A stretch of DNA of 24,395 bases from a virus. Lineage: Duplodnaviria > Caudoviricetes. The notes under the pieces were generated by a model, which worked only from the letters and a program-made list of their open reading frames with translations, did not search any database and was not told where the DNA came from. The stretch spans positions 1 to 24,395 of IMG/VR virus record IMGVR_UViG_3300020182_000188. One strand, given 5' to 3'. Numbering within the stretch: the first letter of the stretch is position 1; every line of letters begins with the position of its first letter. Below are positions 15,832 through 24,299 of this stretch, in pieces. The position numbers and the translations under genes are program-made.

Positions 15832-17617
15832 AATCTATTGTTGAACCTTCCACAATATTGTTCTGTAAACTTTGAGCCGATGTAACGTCATTCGCTACAA
15901 CGTAAGCCTGAACTGGTTGGTTTTCTTGACCTGCAACCGCATCAGCTAATTGATTAGTGTCACTTGCTCCAACTATATTAAAACTTGGTGGTTTAGGTGC
16001 TGCCGATGCTGCTGCTCCTGCCCCTCCACTAGCTCCACCGCCACCACCACCCTTTGGTACTTTGACGCTTTTTATTGCTTGTATTTGTTTAAAACCACCA
16101 ACGACCGCTGCTCCTGCTGCTGCAAAACCTAATGCCGGGCCAACATAAGGGATAGAAGCTAACGATGCGTAAGAACTTTGTGCGCCTTGATAAGTGCTAA
16201 TTAAAGCCTGCGATATTGCTAAGGCTTTTCCTGCTGCGGTTTCTTTTCCTGCAAGTTCAGCAAATGACCCCAAAGCATCGCCCACTTTTGCTAAATTATC
16301 TTCTTTTGTTTTGGCTTCTAAATTTGATACTTGTGTATTAGCATCCGATATAACTTTTTCTTGTTCAGCAATCGCTTTGTTATTCTCAATATTTGTTTGC
16401 CTAGATTGTTCCATAAAATCATCCAGAGCAATTTGAGCATCTATTTTAGCTTGTGTTTCCGCATTTGCACTTTCAACAATTAATTGAAGTCTTGCAGTTT
16501 CTTTTTCTGCATACAGTAAATCTATTTGCTTTAAAGCCTCCAGTTTAGCTAATTCATCATCTATTTGTTCCGCATTAAACCTTTGGCGTTCTATTGATAA
16601 ATTGCTCTCGCTTTCTAATTTTGAATTTGTAAGTTCTATTAATTCCCTATCTAAAGCCAAGTCGTTTGCTTTCTGCTCAGAACGTAATCCCTCAACTTGT
16701 GCTAAAACACCTAAGCGATTTGCTAAGGCTTCCGTAACAGCTACTTGATTTTCAATAGAGTTATTTTTAGCGGCATCTGCTTGAGCTGAGGCTAATTGTG
16801 CATCAGCCGTCAAAAGCATTGCTTTCTCTTGACTTTCTAAAACCTCTAATAAATCGTCATTTGCTTTTTTACGATCTGTAATTGAGTTTCTTTCTTCGTC
16901 TCTAATTTGCCTAAGTTGTTCCGCCTGTCTATCGTATTTCTCAACTAATAAGCTTTGTCGTGCTGCTGCTAATTGTGCGTTATTGGCTAACTCAACGTTG
17001 TTCTTAGCTGCTTCTAAAGTTTCTTTTGCATAATTGCTAACTGTTTCAGCTACGCTTTCAAAACTATCATCAACCCCTGTGAACACATCAACGGTTTGTT
17101 TGCCTGCTTCTTTTATAGTATCAAATGCATCGCTAAATTCTCCCTTTACAAGTTGCCCAATTGCTTTGCCCGCCAATCCTAAAACCTCAACTAGCTGCTC
17201 AAACCTTACTACAACACCATTATAAATACTTTCTCCTAATCCTTTAATCGCTTCGGCAGGGTTTTCAAATATAGACTTAAAAGAATCAACAACTCCGCTT
17301 GTATTATCAGCTACAAAACTCACAAAGTCATTAAAGACAATACTAATCGCTTCAAATGTAGTGTTAAAGAAATCTGCAAACTTCTGATTTTGACTAAAAA
17401 CTTCACCTAGTTTTGAAATTCCTGCTATTACCAAGCCAATCCCTGCTGCTTTCATTGCAGTACCAAGTCCCTTAAAACCTTTTGATGCTGATTCAGTTCC
17501 TTTTTCAACGTCAACCGTTGCAGAACCTAAATCAACTAAACCAGAATTAACCGCTTCAATTCCTTTGACTGCACCTTTAGTGTCGGCTTTTAAAGTAATT
17601 GTTTTTTCTATGACCAT
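15830..17617 (-). CDS. Tail tape measure protein
   Basis: 595 aa, Ala/Gly-rich amphipathic N-terminal part, long coiled coil and hydrophobic C-terminal helices. Confidence 0.75.
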   Translation of the reverse strand: MVIEKTITLKADTKGAVKGIEAVNSGLVDLGSATVDVEKGTESASKGFKGLGTAMKAAGIGLVIAGISKLGEVFSQNQKFADFFNTTFEAISIVFNDFVSFVADNTSGVVDSFKSIFENPAEAIKGLGESIYNGVVVRFEQLVEVLGLAGKAIGQLVKGEFSDAFDTIKEAGKQTVDVFTGVDDSFESVAETVSNYAKETLEAAKNNVELANNAQLAAARQSLLVEKYDRQAEQLRQIRDEERNSITDRKKANDDLLEVLESQEKAMLLTADAQLASAQADAAKNNSIENQVAVTEALANRLGVLAQVEGLRSEQKANDLALDRELIELTNSKLESESNLSIERQRFNAEQIDDELAKLEALKQIDLLYAEKETARLQLIVESANAETQAKIDAQIALDDFMEQSRQTNIENNKAIAEQEKVISDANTQVSNLEAKTKEDNLAKVGDALGSFAELAGKETAAGKALAISQALISTYQGAQSSYASLASIPYVGPALGFAAAGAAVVGGFKQIQAIKSVKVPKGGGGGGASGGAGAAASAAPKPPSFNIVGASDTNQLADAVAGQENQPVQAYVVANDVTSAQSLQNNIVEGSTID

Positions 17618-17748
17618 TTTATTTCTTGTTTAAGTGCTTTGTATCCTTCCTTAAAAGTGGTAGGTAATTTGTATTTGCCTTTTGCGATTCTAAGGTTTTC
17701 AGTCTCACCATTTGCATACTTTAAATTCTCAATTATTAATTTTATCAT
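17608..17748 (-). CDS. Small basic protein, 46 aa (not in ORF track)
   Basis: Translates as MIKLIIENLKYANGETENLRIAKGKYKLPTTFKEGYKALKQEIKWS; fills the gap and overlaps the tape-measure start. Confidence 0.7.
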   Translation of the reverse strand: MIKLIIENLKYANGETENLRIAKGKYKLPTTFKEGYKALKQEIKWS

Positions 17749-17756
17749 AACTTTTT

Positions 17757-20375
17757 TTAAATTAATGTTTGCGCTGCCACCATTGAAGGTGTTGACTCGT
17801 AAACCGTTCCCCCATCGTCATACACCTTTGATACTCGTATTTGATAAAAAGTATTTGCATTAAATGTTTTGCCAACTAAATTTCCTAAAACCGGCGACAC
17901 CGCTTGACCAGTTGAAACGTTACCGATTGTCAGATAATCCGAATCGTCAACTCTCACATAATATTCTCCTGTTTCTTCAACACCACCATCAACCCCTGTG
18001 AAATCAATTGTTATTGATCCGTTTGTTATATTAGACACCCTAAGATCTTCAACTTGTGCAACGGTTGGATTTACATTCCTTTGACTGTCTTGTGAATTAA
18101 TAGGTCTTTCTGTATAAAGTTCTAACTCTGATTTGTTAGTAAGTAAGTTGGTTTTTATTTTATTTAAAATATATGGTTTGTTGTTTATTACAAAAGTATC
18201 ATTCATTTTATAAGTGTTTACAATTCCCAAAGGTAAATGTGCGGTCACTTTTAAGAGCCTACTTTGTTTATCAAATGCGGTTTGAACATAATTCAAATAT
18301 CCTTCTGAAAATAAATTCTTTCCAGTACCTTGAACCGCTTGCAAATATTCATCGGCTTCAACACCAAAATTTAAAGATGTTCTATTAGAGAAATCCTGAA
18401 ATGTGAATGGGGCTAATTGTGTTGGTCTATTGTATTGGTTTACAGATATTGCATTTGAACCGCTTTCATCAGTTATTTCTAATGGGTTATCAGCATCTTG
18501 AACCTGAACATAAAACAATAAAGGCTTTCCTATTGTTGGTTTAAAATCTTTATCTAACATTGCACCCTGACCAAACGAAGATAAAACTCCTGTATCTTCA
18601 TTGTTTAATCTTTCGTACATCATTTTCTCAAAATCAACCTCAACTATGTAATCTCCGCCATCCCATTCAGCATTTCCATAACTTTCTTGTGAGAATTTAT
18701 TCCCTTGTATATCATCAGAGTATTGAACTAAAAAGCTTTTTTTACTTTTATAATCAAATACCATATTCTTATATTGAAACAACCGCTCAACCGTTGCTGA
18801 ACTCATATCAACATATTTTGTAATATCAAATAAATTATTCCCTGATTGCTGCCAATAAATAGGTGTTGATACTACAATATTATTTCCCTCTTTATAAACT
18901 ACAAGATTAAATAGTTTAAATAAATTACTCAAGAAATCTATAATTTTCATTTTAGGCATCTGAGATGGTACTACGATACTATTATCAAGAGCTTTAACAT
19001 CTGTTTCATATTCGCAAGAATCCCTAAAAACGAATTTCCAAATATAAAATTCATATCTATTAACTAATAAATTTTGTTGTATATTTAAAGTATTTTCAGA
19101 CTCATATATAAACATTATATCCAACTCCTGAACCCCTAAAGCATCAAAATCAACTTCATATTTTAAGTTTGTTTTATCCCCTTGTTGACCATCAAACCGT
19201 ATGAGTTCCGCATTGGTTTTATTGTTAAGTAATATTATATTGTAAGAAACATTCGGGTCTGAGACAGTAACATCTAAATAAAGGTCATACCTCTGTTTCC
19301 ACCCATTTGCGCTTGTTGATTTTAATTTTCTTTGTTCTGTTCCTGAGATTTTATCCCAGTCTCTATCCTTGTTAAGCATCCCCGGACTTCGATAAAACCT
19401 ATTGTATATTCTTTTAATTCCACCACCTTCTTCAGCATTACTCATATACCCTTTTTCCCTGTGAAGCCACAAATAAAGGCTTGAAAAGTTTTGACTATTA
19501 AAGAATCCGTTTTCAAACTTAAGTCTTGGATATTCTTCTGATATCGCTTCAATTATTCTCTGTACTTTTATAGCAGGCTTTAAATCTGTGAATTTAAGTC
19601 TATCCCCCGTGATGTTGTCTCTATAACCGTTATTAGTAAAACGCATATTTGCGCTATGATGAATATTTGGAAATATAACATCACTTCCACCACCGCCTCC
19701 TGTCTCATTATCAAATTTCCCCGCAACAGTATTTAAGTCATAATCAAAATCAAATTGTGTAAGGGTTTCTAAACTTGATAATTCATCCTCTCCTAATATT
19801 TCTTTTAACTCAACTGTTTCCCCATAAAATACAACCTTGTATGCGTGTGGTGAATTGTCTTTTAATGATACACTTTTAAATAGTATTTTTCCTTTTTTAT
19901 AATCAACACCATTTAATTTAATTATCGCATCGGTTCTATATCTTGCATCAAAACTATTTTCAATATCTGAATTTTCGTAATGTCTAAATATTTTATTATT
20001 GTTTTTAGAAGCAGGCAAATTAAACTGCTGAGAAAATGGACTGAATATTTTCTTTATATCTCTAATGTTTAAAATACTATCAGTTATAGAGACGCTTTCA
20101 TCTTCAAATAAATCAACCCGAATATAATCACTTGATATTGTGTAATCGTCAACACCATTTATAACATCAGCGTCTAGTTGTAAAGTAGTGTCATTTATTA
20201 CTGAGGTGACCTTAGCCGATTGATTAACCGTTGTAGAAGTGAATATATCCCCTATCTTTACAGAAGCGTTAAACAACGCACTTGAATCAGTTATAGTCAA
20301 TGCGCCTGTATTTGTACTTGTAGTAATACCGCTTATTCTGGTACTACCTTTCATATATAATTCAATTATTTGCAT
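17757..20375 (-). CDS. Large tail tip/hub protein with C-terminal FN3-like domain
   Basis: VDLF.DESVSIT...F.LPAS.NNNKIF.H N-terminus, MPKMK.IDFL..LFK.FNL, and a C-terminal V.DL.VSNIT..SITI.F...NT.Y.IRV FN3 pattern. Confidence 0.65.
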   Translation of the reverse strand: MQIIELYMKGSTRISGITTSTNTGALTITDSSALFNASVKIGDIFTSTTVNQSAKVTSVINDTTLQLDADVINGVDDYTISSDYIRVDLFEDESVSITDSILNIRDIKKIFSPFSQQFNLPASKNNNKIFRHYENSDIENSFDARYRTDAIIKLNGVDYKKGKILFKSVSLKDNSPHAYKVVFYGETVELKEILGEDELSSLETLTQFDFDYDLNTVAGKFDNETGGGGGSDVIFPNIHHSANMRFTNNGYRDNITGDRLKFTDLKPAIKVQRIIEAISEEYPRLKFENGFFNSQNFSSLYLWLHREKGYMSNAEEGGGIKRIYNRFYRSPGMLNKDRDWDKISGTEQRKLKSTSANGWKQRYDLYLDVTVSDPNVSYNIILLNNKTNAELIRFDGQQGDKTNLKYEVDFDALGVQELDIMFIYESENTLNIQQNLLVNRYEFYIWKFVFRDSCEYETDVKALDNSIVVPSQMPKMKIIDFLSNLFKLFNLVVYKEGNNIVVSTPIYWQQSGNNLFDITKYVDMSSATVERLFQYKNMVFDYKSKKSFLVQYSDDIQGNKFSQESYGNAEWDGGDYIVEVDFEKMMYERLNNEDTGVLSSFGQGAMLDKDFKPTIGKPLLFYVQVQDADNPLEITDESGSNAISVNQYNRPTQLAPFTFQDFSNRTSLNFGVEADEYLQAVQGTGKNLFSEGYLNYVQTAFDKQSRLLKVTAHLPLGIVNTYKMNDTFVINNKPYILNKIKTNLLTNKSELELYTERPINSQDSQRNVNPTVAQVEDLRVSNITNGSITIDFTGVDGGVEETGEYYVRVDDSDYLTIGNVSTGQAVSPVLGNLVGKTFNANTFYQIRVSKVYDDGGTVYESTPSMVAAQTLI

Positions 20376-21500
20376 CTATCGGATATTATTAATTGTATCA
20401 AAAGCGAAACTTACATCAACTGTATAATTTATTAATTTGTCATTTAATTGTGTTTTATATTCGACACCGCTTGACTCAACATTAATTGGTAAAACTTGAT
20501 TGTTTATAGTGATCCAAACATCTTCACTTAGTTGAACTTCTTTGAAAATATCGTTGTATATTTCTGGATAAAAACCTGTGTTTAAAGATAATTTTTCAGA
20601 ACCGTTTTTAGTTAATACCTTTGCCTGATGGTTACTTACATTATAAGCCCCGTTTACAATTATATTCCTTTTAAATACTTCTTTTTTAGTTGACAATTTT
20701 TTGTTTGTTCTTTTAAAGAACCATAAATCTTGCAACGCCCCAAACCTATTCTCAAAGGTTAATTTCATTGGTTCATATTTACATTCCTCAATGTTTTTAA
20801 TTTTAACAACTGTAACATCTCCTGATATAGAATTTATATAAACCGTATCTGCATCAAAATTGCTCCCATTTTCAAAAGAACTAATACAATAGCTACTTTG
20901 ATATACACCTCCATCAGCTACAACACGGCTTTCAAGGTCTATAAAAGAAGCTCCATCACTTTGAATGTATTCAATTTGTTGATCTGATTCCACACTTGAT
21001 GTAACATCGTGAGAATAAACAAGTTCGTTATCTTCGTAAAAAGAAACATTTTCAACAAGCTCTGTGTCAACTGGTATTTTAAGCGGTTCAGTTGGAGACT
21101 TTAAAATAGTTAAGTTTGATTGAAGCCACCCCAACTCTAAAGAAGGGTTTGCCCCATCTTGAAAATATCCATAACCATAAAACCCCCTATAACTTGACCA
21201 ACTTGTGAAAGACTGAGCAACACCCCCAATATAGTTTCTAGTTCTATAATCAATCCAAACATTATTATTGTAATAATCGCCTGTAAAGTTTTGTTGAATA
21301 AAATCCTTTGCTATTTCTGAAATCTCAAAAGTACAGTTATCAGAAACGGCAGTTGAGGTTAATTGAAAAAATGATCCATTACTAGAAGTTCTATCAGTTG
21401 TCTGTGTACCCGTGTAAATCCATAACTCCATATCAACCGAGGTTAATCTAGTAGCGGTCAAGTTTACATAAAAAGGACTTCTTACATTAATTTTTGCCAT
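20376..21500 (-). CDS. Tail structural protein (distal-tail-like)
   Basis: ECKYEP.KL.F.NRFGALQD.WFFK...L.LNTGF...LSE.VWI; upstream of the hub gene. Confidence 0.58.
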   Translation of the reverse strand: MAKINVRSPFYVNLTATRLTSVDMELWIYTGTQTTDRTSSNGSFFQLTSTAVSDNCTFEISEIAKDFIQQNFTGDYYNNNVWIDYRTRNYIGGVAQSFTSWSSYRGFYGYGYFQDGANPSLELGWLQSNLTILKSPTEPLKIPVDTELVENVSFYEDNELVYSHDVTSSVESDQQIEYIQSDGASFIDLESRVVADGGVYQSSYCISSFENGSNFDADTVYINSISGDVTVVKIKNIEECKYEPMKLTFENRFGALQDLWFFKRTNKKLSTKKEVFKRNIIVNGAYNVSNHQAKVLTKNGSEKLSLNTGFYPEIYNDIFKEVQLSEDVWITINNQVLPINVESSGVEYKTQLNDKLINYTVDVSFAFDTINNIR

Positions 21501-21514
21501 AATTTATTTTTTTA

Positions 21515-21997
21515 TCAAGTACAACGTATTTTAAATTCCCAACCAGAAAACCCTTGTTTTTCTAAAGGTGCATATACGTAAACTAAAATATCTCTATTTA
21601 CGTGAAAGTCTATAATATTGCTTGATGGTTGTGTAATTGTTTCTAATGGTAATCCCCTTTCACTTAAATATGAATCTAGTTGTGACTGCCAAGTAGAAGG
21701 AGAACTTGATCTATATCCTGTATCTACCAAGGTAACCCCGCTTTGAACAACAACAAATTTAGTAGGTCTGTTATAAGCCTCAAAGTCTATGTATGATTCC
21801 CCTGCTTGATTTATTGAAATATTAAATACTTTTGGAAATGAAGGGTTTAAATCATCCCATTGATATACAACACCACAAACGCCATCTTCTACAACGGGGT
21901 TGCAAGTTGCAGGAAATTCTGGAACTGATTTTTTATTTGCTTCATCCCCCCAATTTGAATAACAATATATTTCGCCCCAGTTTATTTGATTTGCCAT
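21515..21997 (-). CDS. Hypothetical virion accessory protein
   Basis: 160 aa, with a Trp/Gly N-terminal peptide (INWGEIYCYSNWG) and a beta-rich C-terminal domain. Confidence 0.6.
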   Translation of the reverse strand: MANQINWGEIYCYSNWGDEANKKSVPEFPATCNPVVEDGVCGVVYQWDDLNPSFPKVFNISINQAGESYIDFEAYNRPTKFVVVQSGVTLVDTGYRSSSPSTWQSQLDSYLSERGLPLETITQPSSNIIDFHVNRDILVYVYAPLEKQGFSGWEFKIRCT

Positions 21998-21998
21998 T

Positions 21999-22544
21999 TT
22001 ATTTTTGTGTTAATTTTATTAAATCTTTTTCTAGTCCTATTGAATATGCTTGTAATAATTCATCTGGTAATCTTTTAAATGCTGCTTCAAATGGTTTGGT
22101 AAAAAACAAACTTGCCTTTGTCCCCTTTTGATATATGCTCCTAGCAATTAAAAATGCAGTACTTTTATAAGTTAAAAACTTGCCTGTCTTTTTATCTCTG
22201 AATTGTATTTTACGTCTTTTAACATAACCTTCCATTGCCTCGGTCAAACCACCTTTCCTTCCAGTTCCACTACCAAACCTAAAAGGACTATTAGGAGCTT
22301 TTGAACTTGACGATTTACCACGAACACCTTTATCTTTAAACTTACCGTAATCAGCCATTTCAAAGCTTAGGTTAGCTCCTTTTTTATTTACCGATACATT
22401 ACCCTTTAAACTATTATAAAGCCCCTTAGTATCGTTATATGTACCATAATCAGGACTCCCTTTTGTTAAGTTGCTTCTTGATTGTTGAATAACGTATTTA
22501 GCGAACTTATTAAGTTCTTCTTGTAAGGCTTTATCTGCTAGCAT
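21999..22544 (-). CDS. Putative neck/tail completion protein (HK97 gp10-like)
   Basis: Basic 181 aa with YGKF.DKGV.G...IARSIY.KG....FFT.PFE; follows the tail-terminator-like gene. Confidence 0.55.
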   Translation of the reverse strand: MLADKALQEELNKFAKYVIQQSRSNLTKGSPDYGTYNDTKGLYNSLKGNVSVNKKGANLSFEMADYGKFKDKGVRGKSSSSKAPNSPFRFGSGTGRKGGLTEAMEGYVKRRKIQFRDKKTGKFLTYKSTAFLIARSIYQKGTKASLFFTKPFEAAFKRLPDELLQAYSIGLEKDLIKLTQK

Positions 22545-23008
22545 ATTTCAATGTCGTTGTTTACAAACACATCAAAAGTTGCCGTCCATCCTGCTACCTT
22601 ATTTTCAAACCTATCAACAAACGGCTCTAAATTTGCATCACCAGTTAATTGGTATTTATCATTATATAAATCGCCACGCCTTAAAACTTGTACTAACTTA
22701 TTTAAGACCGCTAGTTGTGTATTTAAAACGTCCTGCTCATTATTGTTTCCTATAAATATATCTGTGGTTGGTTCTTTACTTTCATCTACTATATCCATTG
22801 ATAAAACAGAAATGTTAAACCTCAATACACTTTCTTGAGCCGCTACGGTGTTCACTATTAAATGCGACAAAGGAAATATTGATTGCTTCGATAAATCAAC
22901 GTCGAACAAATCACCTTCTGTAACGGTGTTAACATTTACGTCCGCTAGTAATTGATCTTTGATTGCTTGGGTTAATAAATAAAAACCTCTTACTCCTGTT
23001 TTTGCCAT
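22538..23008 (-). CDS. Putative tail terminator protein
   Basis: Acidic 156 aa with FPL.H..V...PF.DRF.N..AGW...F; inferred from size and synteny. Confidence 0.55.
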   Translation of the reverse strand: MAKTGVRGFYLLTQAIKDQLLADVNVNTVTEGDLFDVDLSKQSIFPLSHLIVNTVAAQESVLRFNISVLSMDIVDESKEPTTDIFIGNNNEQDVLNTQLAVLNKLVQVLRRGDLYNDKYQLTGDANLEPFVDRFENKVAGWTATFDVFVNNDIEIC

Positions 23009-23263
23009 TTAATTAAATTTACTTTTTATATTTCTTGACTCAATTTCGTTTTTCTCTTTTGTGTAGGTTAAGTATGTCAAACATTCGTGAACGTTTAATT
23101 TAGTGATATCTTCAAATCTTGTAATATCTCCGTCAGCGATTGCATAGATTGAATTGTACCATCCCCATTTGGAAGTGAACCCAGATATTGCGCTAAATTG
23201 TCCTCGTTCTGTTTGCTCGAAGAGTTCAGCATAGCTATCGACAAGTCCTTCCCTAAAGCGTAA
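23009..23263 (-). CDS. -1 frameshift extension (GT-like) of the upstream tail-chaperone-like gene
   Basis: The frame has no ATG start and opens just upstream of the T9 run. It reads LRFREGLVDSYAELF...KWGWYNSIYAIADGD...KFN, and its stop abuts the next ATG. Confidence 0.68.
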   Translation of the reverse strand, partial: LRFREGLVDSYAELFEQTERGQFSAISGFTSKWGWYNSIYAIADGDITRFEDITKLNVHECLTYLTYTKEKNEIESRNIKSKFN

Positions 23264-23739
23264 AAAAAAACCATCGCACCAAAACAAGCGTCCAAGGGAT
23301 AATCCTTAGCAGCTTCGTTTGAATCTGGATCGTAATCTTTTAGTGTATAACGTGCGCCTTGTTTTAAATCAATCGGTCTAAATAAAACATTCATCGCTCT
23401 GTGAAGGTTATCCGTGTCACCTATAAAGGTATCTAAATCCACATATTCACCAAAGCTTATATTTTCTAAGTCTGGTATAAAACCAAAGTCTTGACCACCT
23501 AACTGAAACCTATTTATCAACTGGTGTTCTACGTCAAACATTGTATTAATGACTTCGCAAATATCTTTGATGTCATTTGCTTTCATTGACCGAACAACCT
23601 CAATAGGCACTTTGCAGAATATCTCAACCATTTTCAAAAGAACATCGGATTCCTTTTTAGAATCTAATTTTGAAAACTCTTGGTACTGTCCTAATGTGAT
23701 TTCGTTTAGGGTTGTTGGTATCTGTATTTTTACTTCCAT
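23095..23739 (-). CDS. Putative tail assembly chaperone (G-like)
   Basis: IPT.L.EITLGQYQ...FGFIPDLE.ISFGEYVDLD; contains the slippery site ATG GTT TTT TTT TAC at codons 156-160. Confidence 0.6.
   Translation of the reverse strand: MEVKIQIPTTLNEITLGQYQEFSKLDSKKESDVLLKMVEIFCKVPIEVVRSMKANDIKDICEVINTMFDVEHQLINRFQLGGQDFGFIPDLENISFGEYVDLDTFIGDTDNLHRAMNVLFRPIDLKQGARYTLKDYDPDSNEAAKDYPLDACFGAMVFFYALGKDLSIAMLNSSSKQNEDNLAQYLGSLPNGDGTIQSMQSLTEILQDLKISLN
23260..23274 (-). promoter_or_regulatory. Slippery sequence (T9; heptamer T TTT TTT)
   Basis: Nine consecutive T on the minus strand (23262-23270), where the two overlapping ORFs share FF codons. Confidence 0.7.
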
Positions 23740-23776
23740 ACTAATATATAAACAAACCCTTAATATTTTAGAAAGT
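23740..23776 (-). promoter_or_regulatory. Putative phage late promoter abutting ATG
   Basis: ACTTTCTAAA-N15-TTATATATTAGT-ATG. Confidence 0.65.
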
Positions 23777-23835
23777 ATTAAAACAAATAATCGGCAACAA
23801 AATTAATTTACTGCCAATTATTAGTTTGTTCTTAG

Positions 23836-24042
23836 TTATAACGACTGGCAAAAGCCAAATTTGTCAATTTCTTTTTCTGGTAATTTTTTTGATTCAAAGT
23901 TCCAATAGTATTCACAACCCGAATCCTTAATCGGGGATTCTATAAAATACGCTTGTCGAAAAGTATTTGGTTCAGCTTTGTACCTGTAACAAGTGTTTTT
24001 GCTTTTGCACCCCTTACCTTCACACATTGTAATATCTGCCAT
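23836..24042 (-). CDS. Small Cys-rich hypothetical protein
   Basis: MADITMC.G.GC..K.TCYRY.A.P...RQ.YF...P.....CEYYW; leader AAAAACAAACAAG. Confidence 0.75.
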   Translation of the reverse strand: MADITMCEGKGCKSKNTCYRYKAEPNTFRQAYFIESPIKDSGCEYYWNFESKKLPEKEIDKFGFCQSL

Positions 24043-24126
24043 CTTGTTTGTTTTTATAGGCGTTAACCTATGTTATTGTTATTAATGAGTGTTTTTATTA
24101 TTAATTAGTGTTGTTTTTGTCCCCTA

Positions 24127-24170
24127 TAAAGGTATAGCTTTTTTTGGATTAACAAACATTTTAATTAACT
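24127..24170 (-). promoter_or_regulatory. Possible host-type promoter for the 68-aa gene
   Basis: GTTAATTAA...TTTG (24153-24156), an 18-nt spacer, then TACCTTTA (a -7 variant). Confidence 0.4.
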
Positions 24171-24299
24171 TTTTTTCAATATCGTATAAATGTCGGTTAT
24201 ATATCGGTTGTATATGTAGTACAGTTTTGCGGTTGGATTGCATAATTGTATAGTTTTAACCTTACTTTGATACAAACAAATTATATATTTGCCTTTACT

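Noticed and set aside
20373-20378. In-frame TAG-ATG junction (also TAA-ATG at 9729 and 23009) suggesting read-through or a recoded stop
   Set aside because: Abutting genes are common in this compact genome. Genes are intact under code 11, with TAG and TGA at real gene ends, so there is no sign of reassignment.
23264-23287. Independent start (MFWCDG...) for the 92-aa ORF
   Set aside because: Non-ATG start with no leader; better explained as the frameshift extension.
2130-23806. All plus-strand ORFs in the track (e.g. 6242-6577, 12643-12912, 15957-16148, 22551-22838)
   Set aside because: They are antisense shadows of strong minus-strand genes, mostly with TTG/GTG starts, Ser/Phe/Leu-rich composition and no motifs or leaders.
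24124-24243. 39-codon minus-strand ORF MQSNRKTVLHIQPIY...
   Set aside because: It overlaps the putative promoter and has no recognisable features, so it is probably spurious.
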